Shown in pieces: positions 49,726 through 58,519 of a DNA stretch of 64,000 nt. Within the stretch, counting starts at the first letter, position 1; every line of letters starts with the position of its first letter. The stretch is from an uncultured delta proteobacterium (lineage in GTDB: Bacteria; Desulfobacterota; Syntrophia; Syntrophales; UBA5619). The DNA lies in contig CAWFOM010000006.1 in assembly GCA_963817385.1 (NCBI GenBank), forward strand, positions 160,001 to 224,000, in the 5' to 3' direction. A program made the position numbers and the translations under genes. The notes below the pieces were generated by a model that had not been told where the DNA came from, made no database searches, and worked only from the letters and a program-made list of their open reading frames with translations.

Positions 49726-50004
49726 ATGCCGGAGAGCAAAGAGGCCCGGGAACTGGTCCTCCGGATAGCCGAGATTATCATCGGGGAGCTGAAACTGGAA
49801 GAGATCACGCCGGAGACGTTCGATCCCGATATGGATCTTGTGGATGAACTCGGGGTGGACAGCATGGATCTGGCGACCGTGGCACTGGTCCTGCAGGACG
49901 AATACGGCGTCTTCATCGATGAGGACGACTATCCGACCTTGAAGACCGTCCGGCTGATTGCCGAATACCTGCGCTCTAAATTGGCTGCAGGGAAAAATGC
50001 CTAG
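49726..50004 (+). CDS. Acyl carrier protein
   Basis: Acidic 92-aa protein with 'DELGVDSMD' phosphopantetheine Ser; RBS GGAGG. Confidence 0.92.
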   Translation: MPESKEARELVLRIAEIIIGELKLEEITPETFDPDMDLVDELGVDSMDLATVALVLQDEYGVFIDEDDYPTLKTVRLIAEYLRSKLAAGKNA

Positions 50005-50079
50005 GAATACCCGACAGTTTTGGCCGGCGAGGCCGCGGGCGGGAATCGGGATTTCGGGAGAGGGTGCGCGCGGGGTGGT

Positions 50080-51240
50080 ATGGGGCCTGCAACGATAGTG
50101 GATTCGGAAGCCGGATGGCAGGGCGGACTTACCGATGAAGACGCTTCGCGATGGGAGGCGGGTGCGGAGGATTGCCCGGCCCCCCGCCGGTGGAAATTTT
50201 CCGAACTCCTGGAGGAGCCTGCCGTCAAAGCGCGCTGGGAGAAGGTCCGCCGCTACTTCTTCCTCCGGGAGTCCACGTACGACATGACGAACCGCTGCAA
50301 CATCCGTTGCGACGGCTGCTACTATTATGAAGGGGCGAAACAGTTCACCCGCGAAAACGGCGATTCCGAGGCCTGGGGTGAACTGATGCGCCAGGAAAAG
50401 GCGCGCGGCATCACCTATGTCGTTCTCGCCGGGGCGGAACCCTCCCTCGTTCCGGAACTCCTCGCCGTCTGTTTCGCCGAGATGCCGCTGGGCTGCATCG
50501 CGACCAACGGTGTCCGCCGCATCGATCCCGCCGTCAACTACCGGATTCACATCTCCGTCTGGGGGAATGACGCGACCAGCTTCCGGGTCCGCAGGGCGCG
50601 GGGCCTGCTCGACCGTCAGATAGACAACTACCGCGGCGACCCCCGGGCCGTCTTCGTCTACACCTTTACGCGGGAAAACGTTGACGAGGCATCGGAAGTC
50701 ATCCGCATCCTGGCGGCCGCGGACTGTCGAGTCACCTTCAACATGTTTTCCGCGCCGGTCGGTTACGCGGGAGAGCTGCGTCACGATGCAGCCTCGCTTG
50801 TCCGGACGCGGGAGGTCATGCGGGAGCTGATGGCGAGCCATCCCCGGCATCTCCTTTTTTCCCCCTACAACGCCGTCGCCCACACCCACGCGCAGGGGCT
50901 CCATGCACTCTTCAACTGCCCGTATCCCCGGCGGAATGCCTCCACCGCGATCGGGCTGGGCCGCTCCTTCCGCCAGTTCAGGACCGACCTCACCTGGAAT
51001 CGCGAAGTGGCCTGCTGCGTGCCCGACACGGATTGCGACGATTGCCGGCATTACGCGGCAGGGAGCGCCGTGGTTACCGCCCGGCTGTACCGGCACGTGA
51101 CGAACCCGCTCTCCTTCAAGGCCTGGCTGGACTATGTCGACACCTACCTGGCCGTCTGGATCATGGGATATGAAAAAGGGGACAACCTCTGTCCGATGAT
51201 GATCGCTCCGCCGGGGTGTAAAGAGATAAGGACTCCATAG
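50080..51240 (+). CDS. Radical SAM protein A (start uncertain)
   Basis: 'YDMTNRCNIRCDGC', 'LAGAEP', 'ATNG', C-terminal 'CP...CCVPDTDCDDC'. Confidence 0.88.
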   Translation: MGPATIVDSEAGWQGGLTDEDASRWEAGAEDCPAPRRWKFSELLEEPAVKARWEKVRRYFFLRESTYDMTNRCNIRCDGCYYYEGAKQFTRENGDSEAWGELMRQEKARGITYVVLAGAEPSLVPELLAVCFAEMPLGCIATNGVRRIDPAVNYRIHISVWGNDATSFRVRRARGLLDRQIDNYRGDPRAVFVYTFTRENVDEASEVIRILAAADCRVTFNMFSAPVGYAGELRHDAASLVRTREVMRELMASHPRHLLFSPYNAVAHTHAQGLHALFNCPYPRRNASTAIGLGRSFRQFRTDLTWNREVACCVPDTDCDDCRHYAAGSAVVTARLYRHVTNPLSFKAWLDYVDTYLAVWIMGYEKGDNLCPMMIAPPGCKEIRTP

Positions 51241-51242
51241 AG

Positions 51243-52241
51243 ATGCAGACCGTCAGCGGGCTTTTGAACGGGGAGTGGTACGAACGGTACAAGGCGATCT
51301 CCCGCCTGAATATGCGCAGCTCCATCTACGATGTGACGAATCGCTGCAACCTGCGCTGCAAGGGGTGTTTTTTCTTCTCATCAGACGAGCACACGGCGGC
51401 CCCCGAAGAGACGGACATCGCCCGCTGGGAGGCCTTCGTGGAGCGGGAACAGGCGCGGGGGGTCAATCTGGCCATCCTCATCGGGGGCGAACCGACCCTC
51501 CATCTCGACCGTGTCGAGGCCTTCAACCGGCGCCTCCCCACGTATTGCGCCACCAACGGCCTGATCAAGGTGCCCCGGGAGCGGTTTCCCGGCATGATGG
51601 TGGGGATCTCGCTCTGGGGGGATGAAGAGGACGAAAAGCTCCTCCGGGGGAAGGATACCTTTGCCGTCTCCAGCCGGAATTACGCCGGCGATCCCTACAC
51701 CTACTATCTCTACACCATCACCCCCCGGCAGCTCGGGCGGACCGAGCGGGTGATCAAGCGGATCGACGACACCGGCCTCAAGGTCCACATGCAGCTCCTG
51801 TCGAACGATGAGGGGGTGGAGGGCTTTTCCTGGACACCTTCCCAGTTGGCCGATATCCGCGCCGAGATGGACGCCATGCTCGAGCGGTACCCCCGTACCG
51901 TCATCTCCTGCAAGTATTACCACGAGATCATCACCACCGGCCGGATGCTCGGGCGGCCGTTCGGGTGGAACGAATGTCCCTCTGTGACGGAAACCCTCGA
52001 CGACCGCTCCCCCCGCCCGAAGCGGCTCATCCGGTTCATCCGCTGGGCGGCCGATCTCAAGACGATGCACCGCTGCTGCACGTCGGCGACCCGGGACTGC
52101 CGGACCTGCAAGGACGGCGCCGCCCACATGAGCTGGGTGATGGTCAACAAGCGGGACCACCTGCGTTCCGCGAAGGATCTCCAGAACTGGATCGAGGTGT
52201 ACGAGATGTTCGCCAAGCTTTACAAGTTCCTTCCCTGGTGA
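51243..52241 (+). CDS. Radical SAM protein B (paralog of A)
   Basis: 'YDVTNRCNLRCKGC', 'IGGEP', 'ATNG', C-terminal 'CP...CCTSATRDCRTC'. Confidence 0.88.
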   Translation: MQTVSGLLNGEWYERYKAISRLNMRSSIYDVTNRCNLRCKGCFFFSSDEHTAAPEETDIARWEAFVEREQARGVNLAILIGGEPTLHLDRVEAFNRRLPTYCATNGLIKVPRERFPGMMVGISLWGDEEDEKLLRGKDTFAVSSRNYAGDPYTYYLYTITPRQLGRTERVIKRIDDTGLKVHMQLLSNDEGVEGFSWTPSQLADIRAEMDAMLERYPRTVISCKYYHEIITTGRMLGRPFGWNECPSVTETLDDRSPRPKRLIRFIRWAADLKTMHRCCTSATRDCRTCKDGAAHMSWVMVNKRDHLRSAKDLQNWIEVYEMFAKLYKFLPW

Positions 52242-52271
52242 GGAAACCCCCTTTTCGACGGTGTGCGCAAC

Positions 52272-53522
52272 ATGGATGATACGCGACCCATAATCCTGGG
52301 ATACGACGCCGTTTCCCCGCTGGGCACCGACCTGCAAGGCCAGTGGGACCGGGCCGCCGCGGGCGAAAGCGGTGTGGCCGCGCTGACCCGCTTCCCGCTC
52401 CGGGAGGGGTTTCCTGTACGGATCGCAGGCCAGGTCCCCAAGGTCGACTCCGCTCCTTATCCCTTTCTCAAGCCCCGCGAGATGGCCCACTGGACCTCCC
52501 CGATCTTCCCGCACGCCCTCCTGGTCGTCCACCGGGCCCTGAAGCGGGCCGGCCTGGAGATCACTCCGGAGATCGCCCCGCGGGTGGCCGTCACGTTCGG
52601 CACCGCCATCGGCGGACTCGACGCCCTCATCGCGGCGGACCGGGTCCTGGAGGCGACCGGAAAGCTCCCCCAACCCTTCATGAACCCCAACTCCTGCATC
52701 AACATGGCAAGCGGCAAGGTCTCGATCCTGACCGGGGCGACTGGCCCCATCGCCTCGATCATCACCGCCTGCGCCACCGGGTGCAGTTCGCTCATCCTGG
52801 GGGCGATGTTCATCGCCCAGGGGATGGCCGATGCGGCCATCTGCGGGGCCGTGGATTTTCCCTTGATCGAGCCGATCGTGGCGGGATTCGCGACAATGAA
52901 CGGCGCGTACCGCCCCAAGGAGGGAGAAGAGCCCCTCCCGCCCGGGGCGGCGAGCCGCCCGTTCTCCCTCGACCGGCGCGGATTTGTCGTCTCGGAGGGG
53001 GCCGGCTGCATCGTGATCGCCTCCCGGGCGTTCGCCGCGGCGCACGGCCTTGCCTATGACACCGAGCTGGCCGGCTGGGCGATGACCGCCGACGCCTGCC
53101 ACGTCGTGGCCCCCAACCCGGTGACGGTCACCCGCTGCATCACCGAAAGCATCCGCCATGCCGGCATCACCCCGGCGGAGATCGATGCCGTCAACGCCCA
53201 CGCAGCCTCGACGAAGGTCGGGGACCAGGTGGAAGCCGATGCCCTCCGGGAGGTCTTCGGGGCGAAGATCCCCCCTGTCTCGGCCAACAAGTCGCTGATG
53301 GGGCACGCTATGGGGGCCACCAGCGCCATCGAATCGATACTCGCTCTTGAGGGGATGCGTCGGGGCATCCTCCTCCCCACGATCAACCACCGGTCCGACC
53401 CGGCGATCGATCTGGACTGCGTCGCCGAGGGGGCGCGCAGCCTCCCCCAGGAGTTCGTCCTGAAGAACGCCTTCGGCTTCGGGGGGTGCAACGCATGTCT
53501 TGTGTTTCGTCGCGTCAACTGA
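52272..53522 (+). CDS. Beta-ketoacyl-ACP synthase (FabF-like) 1
   Basis: 'TACATG', 'NAHAAST', 'KSLMGHAMGA', 'NAFGFGG'. Confidence 0.92.
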   Translation: MDDTRPIILGYDAVSPLGTDLQGQWDRAAAGESGVAALTRFPLREGFPVRIAGQVPKVDSAPYPFLKPREMAHWTSPIFPHALLVVHRALKRAGLEITPEIAPRVAVTFGTAIGGLDALIAADRVLEATGKLPQPFMNPNSCINMASGKVSILTGATGPIASIITACATGCSSLILGAMFIAQGMADAAICGAVDFPLIEPIVAGFATMNGAYRPKEGEEPLPPGAASRPFSLDRRGFVVSEGAGCIVIASRAFAAAHGLAYDTELAGWAMTADACHVVAPNPVTVTRCITESIRHAGITPAEIDAVNAHAASTKVGDQVEADALREVFGAKIPPVSANKSLMGHAMGATSAIESILALEGMRRGILLPTINHRSDPAIDLDCVAEGARSLPQEFVLKNAFGFGGCNACLVFRRVN

Positions 53523-53532
53523 TATGAAGGCG

Positions 53533-53711
53533 GGGAAAATCGTTCCCTTCGCGCTCAGGATCTTTTTTCGACCCTGCACCTCCTCACTTCGCTGCAACGG
53601 CAAAACTCGCGCCTGAAGGCGCTCAGACAGTTGCCGTTGCGGTCGCTCCGCTGCGGGGGCAGGGTGCCCCGAAAAAATCTCAGAATCGCGCTGCCGGGAA
53701 TCGATTTTCCC
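53533..53711. repeat. Long imperfect palindrome (REP/MITE-like) between the two KS genes
   Basis: Nested arms GGGAAAATCG/CGATTTTCCC, TTTTTTCG/CGAAAAAA, ACCCTGC/GCAGGGT, GCAACGGCAA/TTGCCGTTGC, GCGCC/GGCGC. Confidence 0.8.
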
Positions 53712-53783
53712 TGGGAGGCCGAGGGTGCGTCACGGTTTCCCGGGTTGAGGAACTGCATACTGTACGGATGGGTTGAAGCAGAA

Positions 53784-55055
53784 ATGAGACCTCCACTAAA
53801 TCGACGTGTCTTTGTGATCGGTTACGGGGCGGCGACGCCGCTGGGGGCGACGTTTCCCTTGACGTGGGAACGCGCCGTCCGCGGCGAGGCGGGCTTCCGG
53901 AAGGTGACCCGCTGCCGGGTCGAATCGGTCTGCGACGTGGTCGGGGAGATCCCGGACTGGGATCCGATGACGCTAACGTTCGTCGACGCCAAGGAGGCGT
54001 ACAACTGGAACGCCGCCTTCGTCATCCTCACCATGGCGGTCTGCCGCGAGGCCCTGACCCATGCCCGCCTGACGATGGACGGGGAGACCTCCCCTAGGAC
54101 GGCCTGTCTCATCGGCTCGGCGATCAACGGCGTCGATGCGTTCCGGACGGCCATGACCCATTTCCAGGAGCACGGTCCCCTGAAGATCAGTCCCTATCTT
54201 CTGCCCAACCTCTGCGCCAATCTCCCCTCGGGAAAGGCGGGGATGCTCCTCGGGTTCACGGGTCCGATCTTTTCCCCCCAGGGTGCCTGCGCCTCGGGCA
54301 ACCACGCCATCGGGATCGGCTCCCGTATGATCCGCGACGGGGATTGCGACTTCGTCCTGGCCGGCGGGGTAGACACGCCGATCCTTCCGGAGATCATCCA
54401 CGGGTTCGCCAACATGAACGCCACCATCAAGGTCCTTCCGGGGGATCGCGCGCATGCCGACCCCGCCCGGGCCTCCCGCCCCTTCAGCATTGACCGGCGC
54501 GGCTTCGTCCTTTCCGAAGGGGCGGGCGTCATCGTGCTCGCGGCCGAGGAGATGCTCGCCCGTCACGGGCTCACGGCGCGGGCCGAGGTGATGGGGGTCG
54601 GCTGGACCTCCGACGCCTATCATTTCACCAAACCGAACCCCGTTACGATCATCCGGGGGATCCGGGAGGCGATCGACGACGCGGGGCTTGCGCCCGCTGA
54701 CATCCAATACGTCAACGCCCACGGCACCTCCACGCCGAAGGGGGACCAGGTCGAGGTCGACTGCCTCCGGGAGGTCTTCGGAAAGCATCTGGAGAAGATC
54801 CCGATCTCTTCCAACAAGTCGCAGATCGGCCATACCCTCGGGGCCGCCGCCGCCATCGAGGACGCCCTGACCATCGAGGGAATGCAGCGGGGGATCATCC
54901 TGCCCACAATCAACCATCTGCCCGATCCCCGCTTCGCGGACATCGACTGCGTTCCCGACAAGGCCCGCAGGCAGCCGCATGAGATCGCCCTGTCGAACGC
55001 CTTCGGGTTCGGCGGCACCAACTGCTGCATCGTCTTTCGGGGGGTGGCTCCATGA
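53784..55055 (+). CDS. Beta-ketoacyl-ACP synthase (FabF-like) 2
   Basis: 'GACASG', 'NAHGTST', 'KSQIGHTLGA', 'NAFGFGG'. Confidence 0.92.
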   Translation: MRPPLNRRVFVIGYGAATPLGATFPLTWERAVRGEAGFRKVTRCRVESVCDVVGEIPDWDPMTLTFVDAKEAYNWNAAFVILTMAVCREALTHARLTMDGETSPRTACLIGSAINGVDAFRTAMTHFQEHGPLKISPYLLPNLCANLPSGKAGMLLGFTGPIFSPQGACASGNHAIGIGSRMIRDGDCDFVLAGGVDTPILPEIIHGFANMNATIKVLPGDRAHADPARASRPFSIDRRGFVLSEGAGVIVLAAEEMLARHGLTARAEVMGVGWTSDAYHFTKPNPVTIIRGIREAIDDAGLAPADIQYVNAHGTSTPKGDQVEVDCLREVFGKHLEKIPISSNKSQIGHTLGAAAAIEDALTIEGMQRGIILPTINHLPDPRFADIDCVPDKARRQPHEIALSNAFGFGGTNCCIVFRGVAP

Positions 55056-55543
55056 AGCCGAAACCCTTCCGCCCGGAAATCGCCGGCGACGACGGCCGGT
55101 ACTGGCGCGACGCCGCAACGGGCCTCGCCTGGCACCGCTGCGCGATGCGGACCCTCTACGCCGACACCGACCGCTCCACCGTCGTCTATCACGCCAACTA
55201 CCTCAAGTATTTTGAGTTCGGCAGGGCATCGCTGATGCGCGACGCCGCCTATCCGTACCGGGAGATCGAGGAGAGCGGCTACGTCTATCCGATCATCGAT
55301 CTGGGGATCCAGTTCCACCAGCCCCTCTACTACGACGATCCCATGTGGATCTATACCCGGCCGGCGGAACTCCAGCGGGTCCGGCTCCGGTTCGATTACA
55401 TCATCACCCATGCGGAGACGGGGGCCGATGTCTGCCGGGGATTTACCCGCCATTGCGCTCTCAATGCCCGGGGAATCCCCGTGGCCATCGATCCCAAGAC
55501 CGTTCAGCTATGGAAAACCTTTCCCGGCCCGTCGAAACGGTAA
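55052..55543 (+). CDS. Acyl thioesterase (4HBT/YbgC hotdog family)
   Basis: 'YADTD..VVYHANYLKYFEFGR', 'PLYYDD'. Confidence 0.88.
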   Translation: MKPKPFRPEIAGDDGRYWRDAATGLAWHRCAMRTLYADTDRSTVVYHANYLKYFEFGRASLMRDAAYPYREIEESGYVYPIIDLGIQFHQPLYYDDPMWIYTRPAELQRVRLRFDYIITHAETGADVCRGFTRHCALNARGIPVAIDPKTVQLWKTFPGPSKR

Positions 55544-56388
55544 CCATTCCCGTGGCGATACCCGTGCCCACGTATTTCGGCGATCATCACGTTTCCGAGC
55601 GGGTGGTCCTGCCGGCAGTCGAGGCACTGCAGATCCTGGCCAGCACGCTCCCGGCCGCGGCCGGCGCGGATCCCCGGCGGCAGGAGCAGGCCGTTTTCAG
55701 CCACCTGCTTACCCTTGATCCGCAGGTCCGTGAGATCCCGGCGATCCATGAGTGCACGCGCACCGCCGACGGCCGGTGCGGCTCCCGGCTTATCACCGTC
55801 GTCACCGGCCGAAAAGCCGCGTGGGCGCGCAGGATCGAGCACGCGTCCGTTTTCTTTTTGCCCGCGGTTGGCGAAAGAGGGGGAGAGGGGAGCGGACAGG
55901 CGCCTGTTCCCGGCGAAACGACGGCGGGGGAAGGGCCGGTGTTCACCGTCTCCCCCCGGCGACTCTATGGTGAACTCGTCCCCTTCGGACCCGCCTACCA
56001 AAACGTGGTGGGCGATCTCCGCCTGACCCCCGTCGGGGCGTGGGCAGAGGTTTCTGGGGGCAATTACCCGGAGGCGATCGGACCCCTGGGCTCTCCTTTT
56101 CCCTTCGATGCGGCCCTTCACGTGGCCTGCGCCTGGGGGCAGCGGTACCGGGGCATAGTCGCCTTTCCGGTGGGGTTTGACCGGCGGGAGATCGTCGTTT
56201 CCACCCGGGCGGGAGAAACCTACCGCTGCCGTGTCGTTCCCCTTCCGGATGGGGGCTCCGCGCTGCGCTTCGACATCCTGATCACCGACGGCGATGACCG
56301 GCCCGTGGAGGTGATCCGGGGGATCGTGATGCGCGACATCTCCGGCGGTAGGCGGAAGCCCCCCGCCTGGATGGGGGAGGTGCAATAG
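55510..56388 (+). CDS. Stand-alone polyketide-type (double hotdog) dehydratase
   Basis: 'YFGDHHV...VVLPAV' His motif, 'FGPAYQ', 'FDAALH' Asp motif, 'FPVGF'. Confidence 0.78.
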   Translation: MENLSRPVETVTIPVAIPVPTYFGDHHVSERVVLPAVEALQILASTLPAAAGADPRRQEQAVFSHLLTLDPQVREIPAIHECTRTADGRCGSRLITVVTGRKAAWARRIEHASVFFLPAVGERGGEGSGQAPVPGETTAGEGPVFTVSPRRLYGELVPFGPAYQNVVGDLRLTPVGAWAEVSGGNYPEAIGPLGSPFPFDAALHVACAWGQRYRGIVAFPVGFDRREIVVSTRAGETYRCRVVPLPDGGSALRFDILITDGDDRPVEVIRGIVMRDISGGRRKPPAWMGEVQ

Positions 56389-56967
56389 ATGCGCCTTGCC
56401 GGACTGCTCCTTTTCACTTATCTCACCGCGTCGATCAACTTCGCCATCATCGCGCTTCGGCTCCTCGGCAAGGAGGATCCGCGGACGCGATTCAGCGGGA
56501 ATGCGGGGACGACGAACGTCTATCGTCAGGCCGGAAAAGGATGGGCGGCGGTTGTCCTTCTGCTCGACGTCGGGCGGGCAGCCTTTCTGGCGGCGCTGGC
56601 GCTGGCGCTGCTTCCCTTCCCTTTCGTTTCCTGGATCGGCCTGGCCCTGGTGGCGGGGAACCGTTTCCCTTGCTTCCACCGGTTTCGGGGCGGCAAGGGG
56701 GTGGCCAGCTACCTGGGCTTTGCCATCCCGATCGCGCCCTGGGGTGCGGCCGCGGCATGCCTCGCGTGGGTCGCCGTCCATCGGATCGTGCGGATCCCCT
56801 TCGTTGCCTCTTTCTGCATGATCCTGATCCTCGGGGGGGCGATAGCTGCTGCGGGCGGCGGAGAGGCGATCCCCGTCGCCGGGACGGCGGCGACTGTGCT
56901 GTTGATTGTCTTTAACCACAAGATCAATATCGCCACCTTGATCGAGGAGAGGCGGCGGCAGCCGTAA
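56389..56967 (+). CDS. plsY: Glycerol-3-phosphate acyltransferase PlsY homolog
   Basis: 'SGNAGTTNVYR', 'FRGGKGVA', 'NHKINI'; multiple transmembrane helices. Confidence 0.82.
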   Translation: MRLAGLLLFTYLTASINFAIIALRLLGKEDPRTRFSGNAGTTNVYRQAGKGWAAVVLLLDVGRAAFLAALALALLPFPFVSWIGLALVAGNRFPCFHRFRGGKGVASYLGFAIPIAPWGAAAACLAWVAVHRIVRIPFVASFCMILILGGAIAAAGGGEAIPVAGTAATVLLIVFNHKINIATLIEERRRQP

Positions 56968-57023
56968 CACGGGGCAGTGCAGGCCGCGGCGACGCGAAGC
57001 CCCGGAGGAAGGCAGGATTTTCC

Positions 57024-58460
57024 ATGCGCATAGTTCTGGTTCACCCGGCCGGATCCAACTGGATCCCCGGCCGGAAGGACATCACGGCCACGGCCAACCG
57101 GATGGCCCCCCTGGGACTCCTCTCCATCGCCGCTTATCTGGAGCGGGAGGGGCACGAGGTGTTCGTCCACGACTGCCTCGGCCCGCGGGCCGTCGCCGGC
57201 ATAGCAAAAAACGTCAGCCTCATCCTCGGGCATGGTCCCGATCTCGTGGGATTCTCGGCCACGACGTCGGGGTTCCTCGACGCCTGGGAGATGGCCGCGG
57301 CTCTCAAGGCTGCGCGCCCCGCGGTCCGGACCGTCTTCGGCGGCGTTCATGTTTCCGCCTTGGGAGGAAGCCTCCTGGAGCGTTTTGACCACATCGATTA
57401 CCTCTGCCCGGGGGAAGGGGAGGCGACTCTGGCCGCCCTTGCATCGGGGGAGTCTCCGGCCACGGTCGACGGCCTGATTTGGAAGGAGGGGGAGCGGGCG
57501 GTCGTCAATCCACCGCGGACGCCACTTGCGGACCTGGATGCCCTGCCATTTCCCGCCTATGAAAAACTGGCCGGGTTTCCCCGGGGGTACAACCTGCCCT
57601 TGTTCAGCTACATCGGCTTTCCCGGCGCCACCATGATCACCAGCCGGGGCTGTCCCTACCAGTGCTCCTACTGCGACCGGTCGGTATTCAAGCGGGGGTA
57701 TCGGGCCAACTCCCCGGCGTACATATACGGCCACATGAAACACCTCCGCACCCGGTTCGGCATCCGCCACCTCAACATCTACGACGATCTTTTTACGGCC
57801 GACCGGCCGCGGATCGCCGGACTTTGCGGCATGCTGACCGAGCGGCCCCTGGGGGTGCAGTTCAACTGCGCCGTCCGCGTCGGCCACACGGACCGGGAGC
57901 TTCTGAGGATGCTCAAACGGGCGGGATGCCTCATGGTGTCCTTGGGCATCGAGTCGGCCGACCCGGAGATGCTCCGGCGGCACAAGGCCGGCGTGACGCT
58001 CGAGGCGGTTCGGGAGACGGTCGGGATGATCCGGGCGGAAGGCCTCCGGGCCAAGGGGCTTTTCATGATGGGGCTCCCGGGGGAAACGGAGGAGTCGATC
58101 CGCCGGACCAGCGATTTCGTCCTGTCGCTGGGCCTGGACGACATGAACATGGCAAAGTTCACGCCGTTTCCCGGAGCGCCGATCTGGGAGACGATCCGGG
58201 AGGAGGGGACGTTCGAGGAGGACTGGCGGCAGATGAACTGTCTCAATTTTGTTTTCGTTCCCAAGGAGATCGCTTCCCGGGAGCGGCTCGATCAGCTCTT
58301 CAATGAGCACGTGAAGCGGTTTTACACGGACCCCGCCTGGCGCAGGAGATTCCGGAGCCGCCTTTGGGAGCACCGCCACAGCCTCTGGCACATGGCGAAG
58401 CACATTCCCGCATTCCTCAGCGCCCGCCGTCAATTCGAACCGGACAAGCTCTCCGGTTAG
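57024..58460 (+). CDS. B12-dependent (class B-like) radical SAM protein
   Basis: 'PLGLLSIAAYL', 'FGGVH', 'GEGE', 'TSRGCPYQCSYC', 'YDDLF', 'LGIES', 'MGLPGET'. Confidence 0.9.
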   Translation: MRIVLVHPAGSNWIPGRKDITATANRMAPLGLLSIAAYLEREGHEVFVHDCLGPRAVAGIAKNVSLILGHGPDLVGFSATTSGFLDAWEMAAALKAARPAVRTVFGGVHVSALGGSLLERFDHIDYLCPGEGEATLAALASGESPATVDGLIWKEGERAVVNPPRTPLADLDALPFPAYEKLAGFPRGYNLPLFSYIGFPGATMITSRGCPYQCSYCDRSVFKRGYRANSPAYIYGHMKHLRTRFGIRHLNIYDDLFTADRPRIAGLCGMLTERPLGVQFNCAVRVGHTDRELLRMLKRAGCLMVSLGIESADPEMLRRHKAGVTLEAVRETVGMIRAEGLRAKGLFMMGLPGETEESIRRTSDFVLSLGLDDMNMAKFTPFPGAPIWETIREEGTFEEDWRQMNCLNFVFVPKEIASRERLDQLFNEHVKRFYTDPAWRRRFRSRLWEHRHSLWHMAKHIPAFLSARRQFEPDKLSG

Positions 58461-58519
58461 CCGGCAAATACGATGAGAAAACCGTCCGGTCCCAACTTCA
58501 CCGTATCCACGCCCTTGAG

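Noticed and set aside
53631..53783. N-terminal extension of KS2
   Set aside because: Derived from the palindromic element; KS homology starts near 53784
46781..58460. Calling the cluster a ladderane or aryl polyene pathway
   Set aside because: Shares components with both, but no chain-length factor, adenylation enzyme or ketoreductase is present; the product cannot be read from sequence
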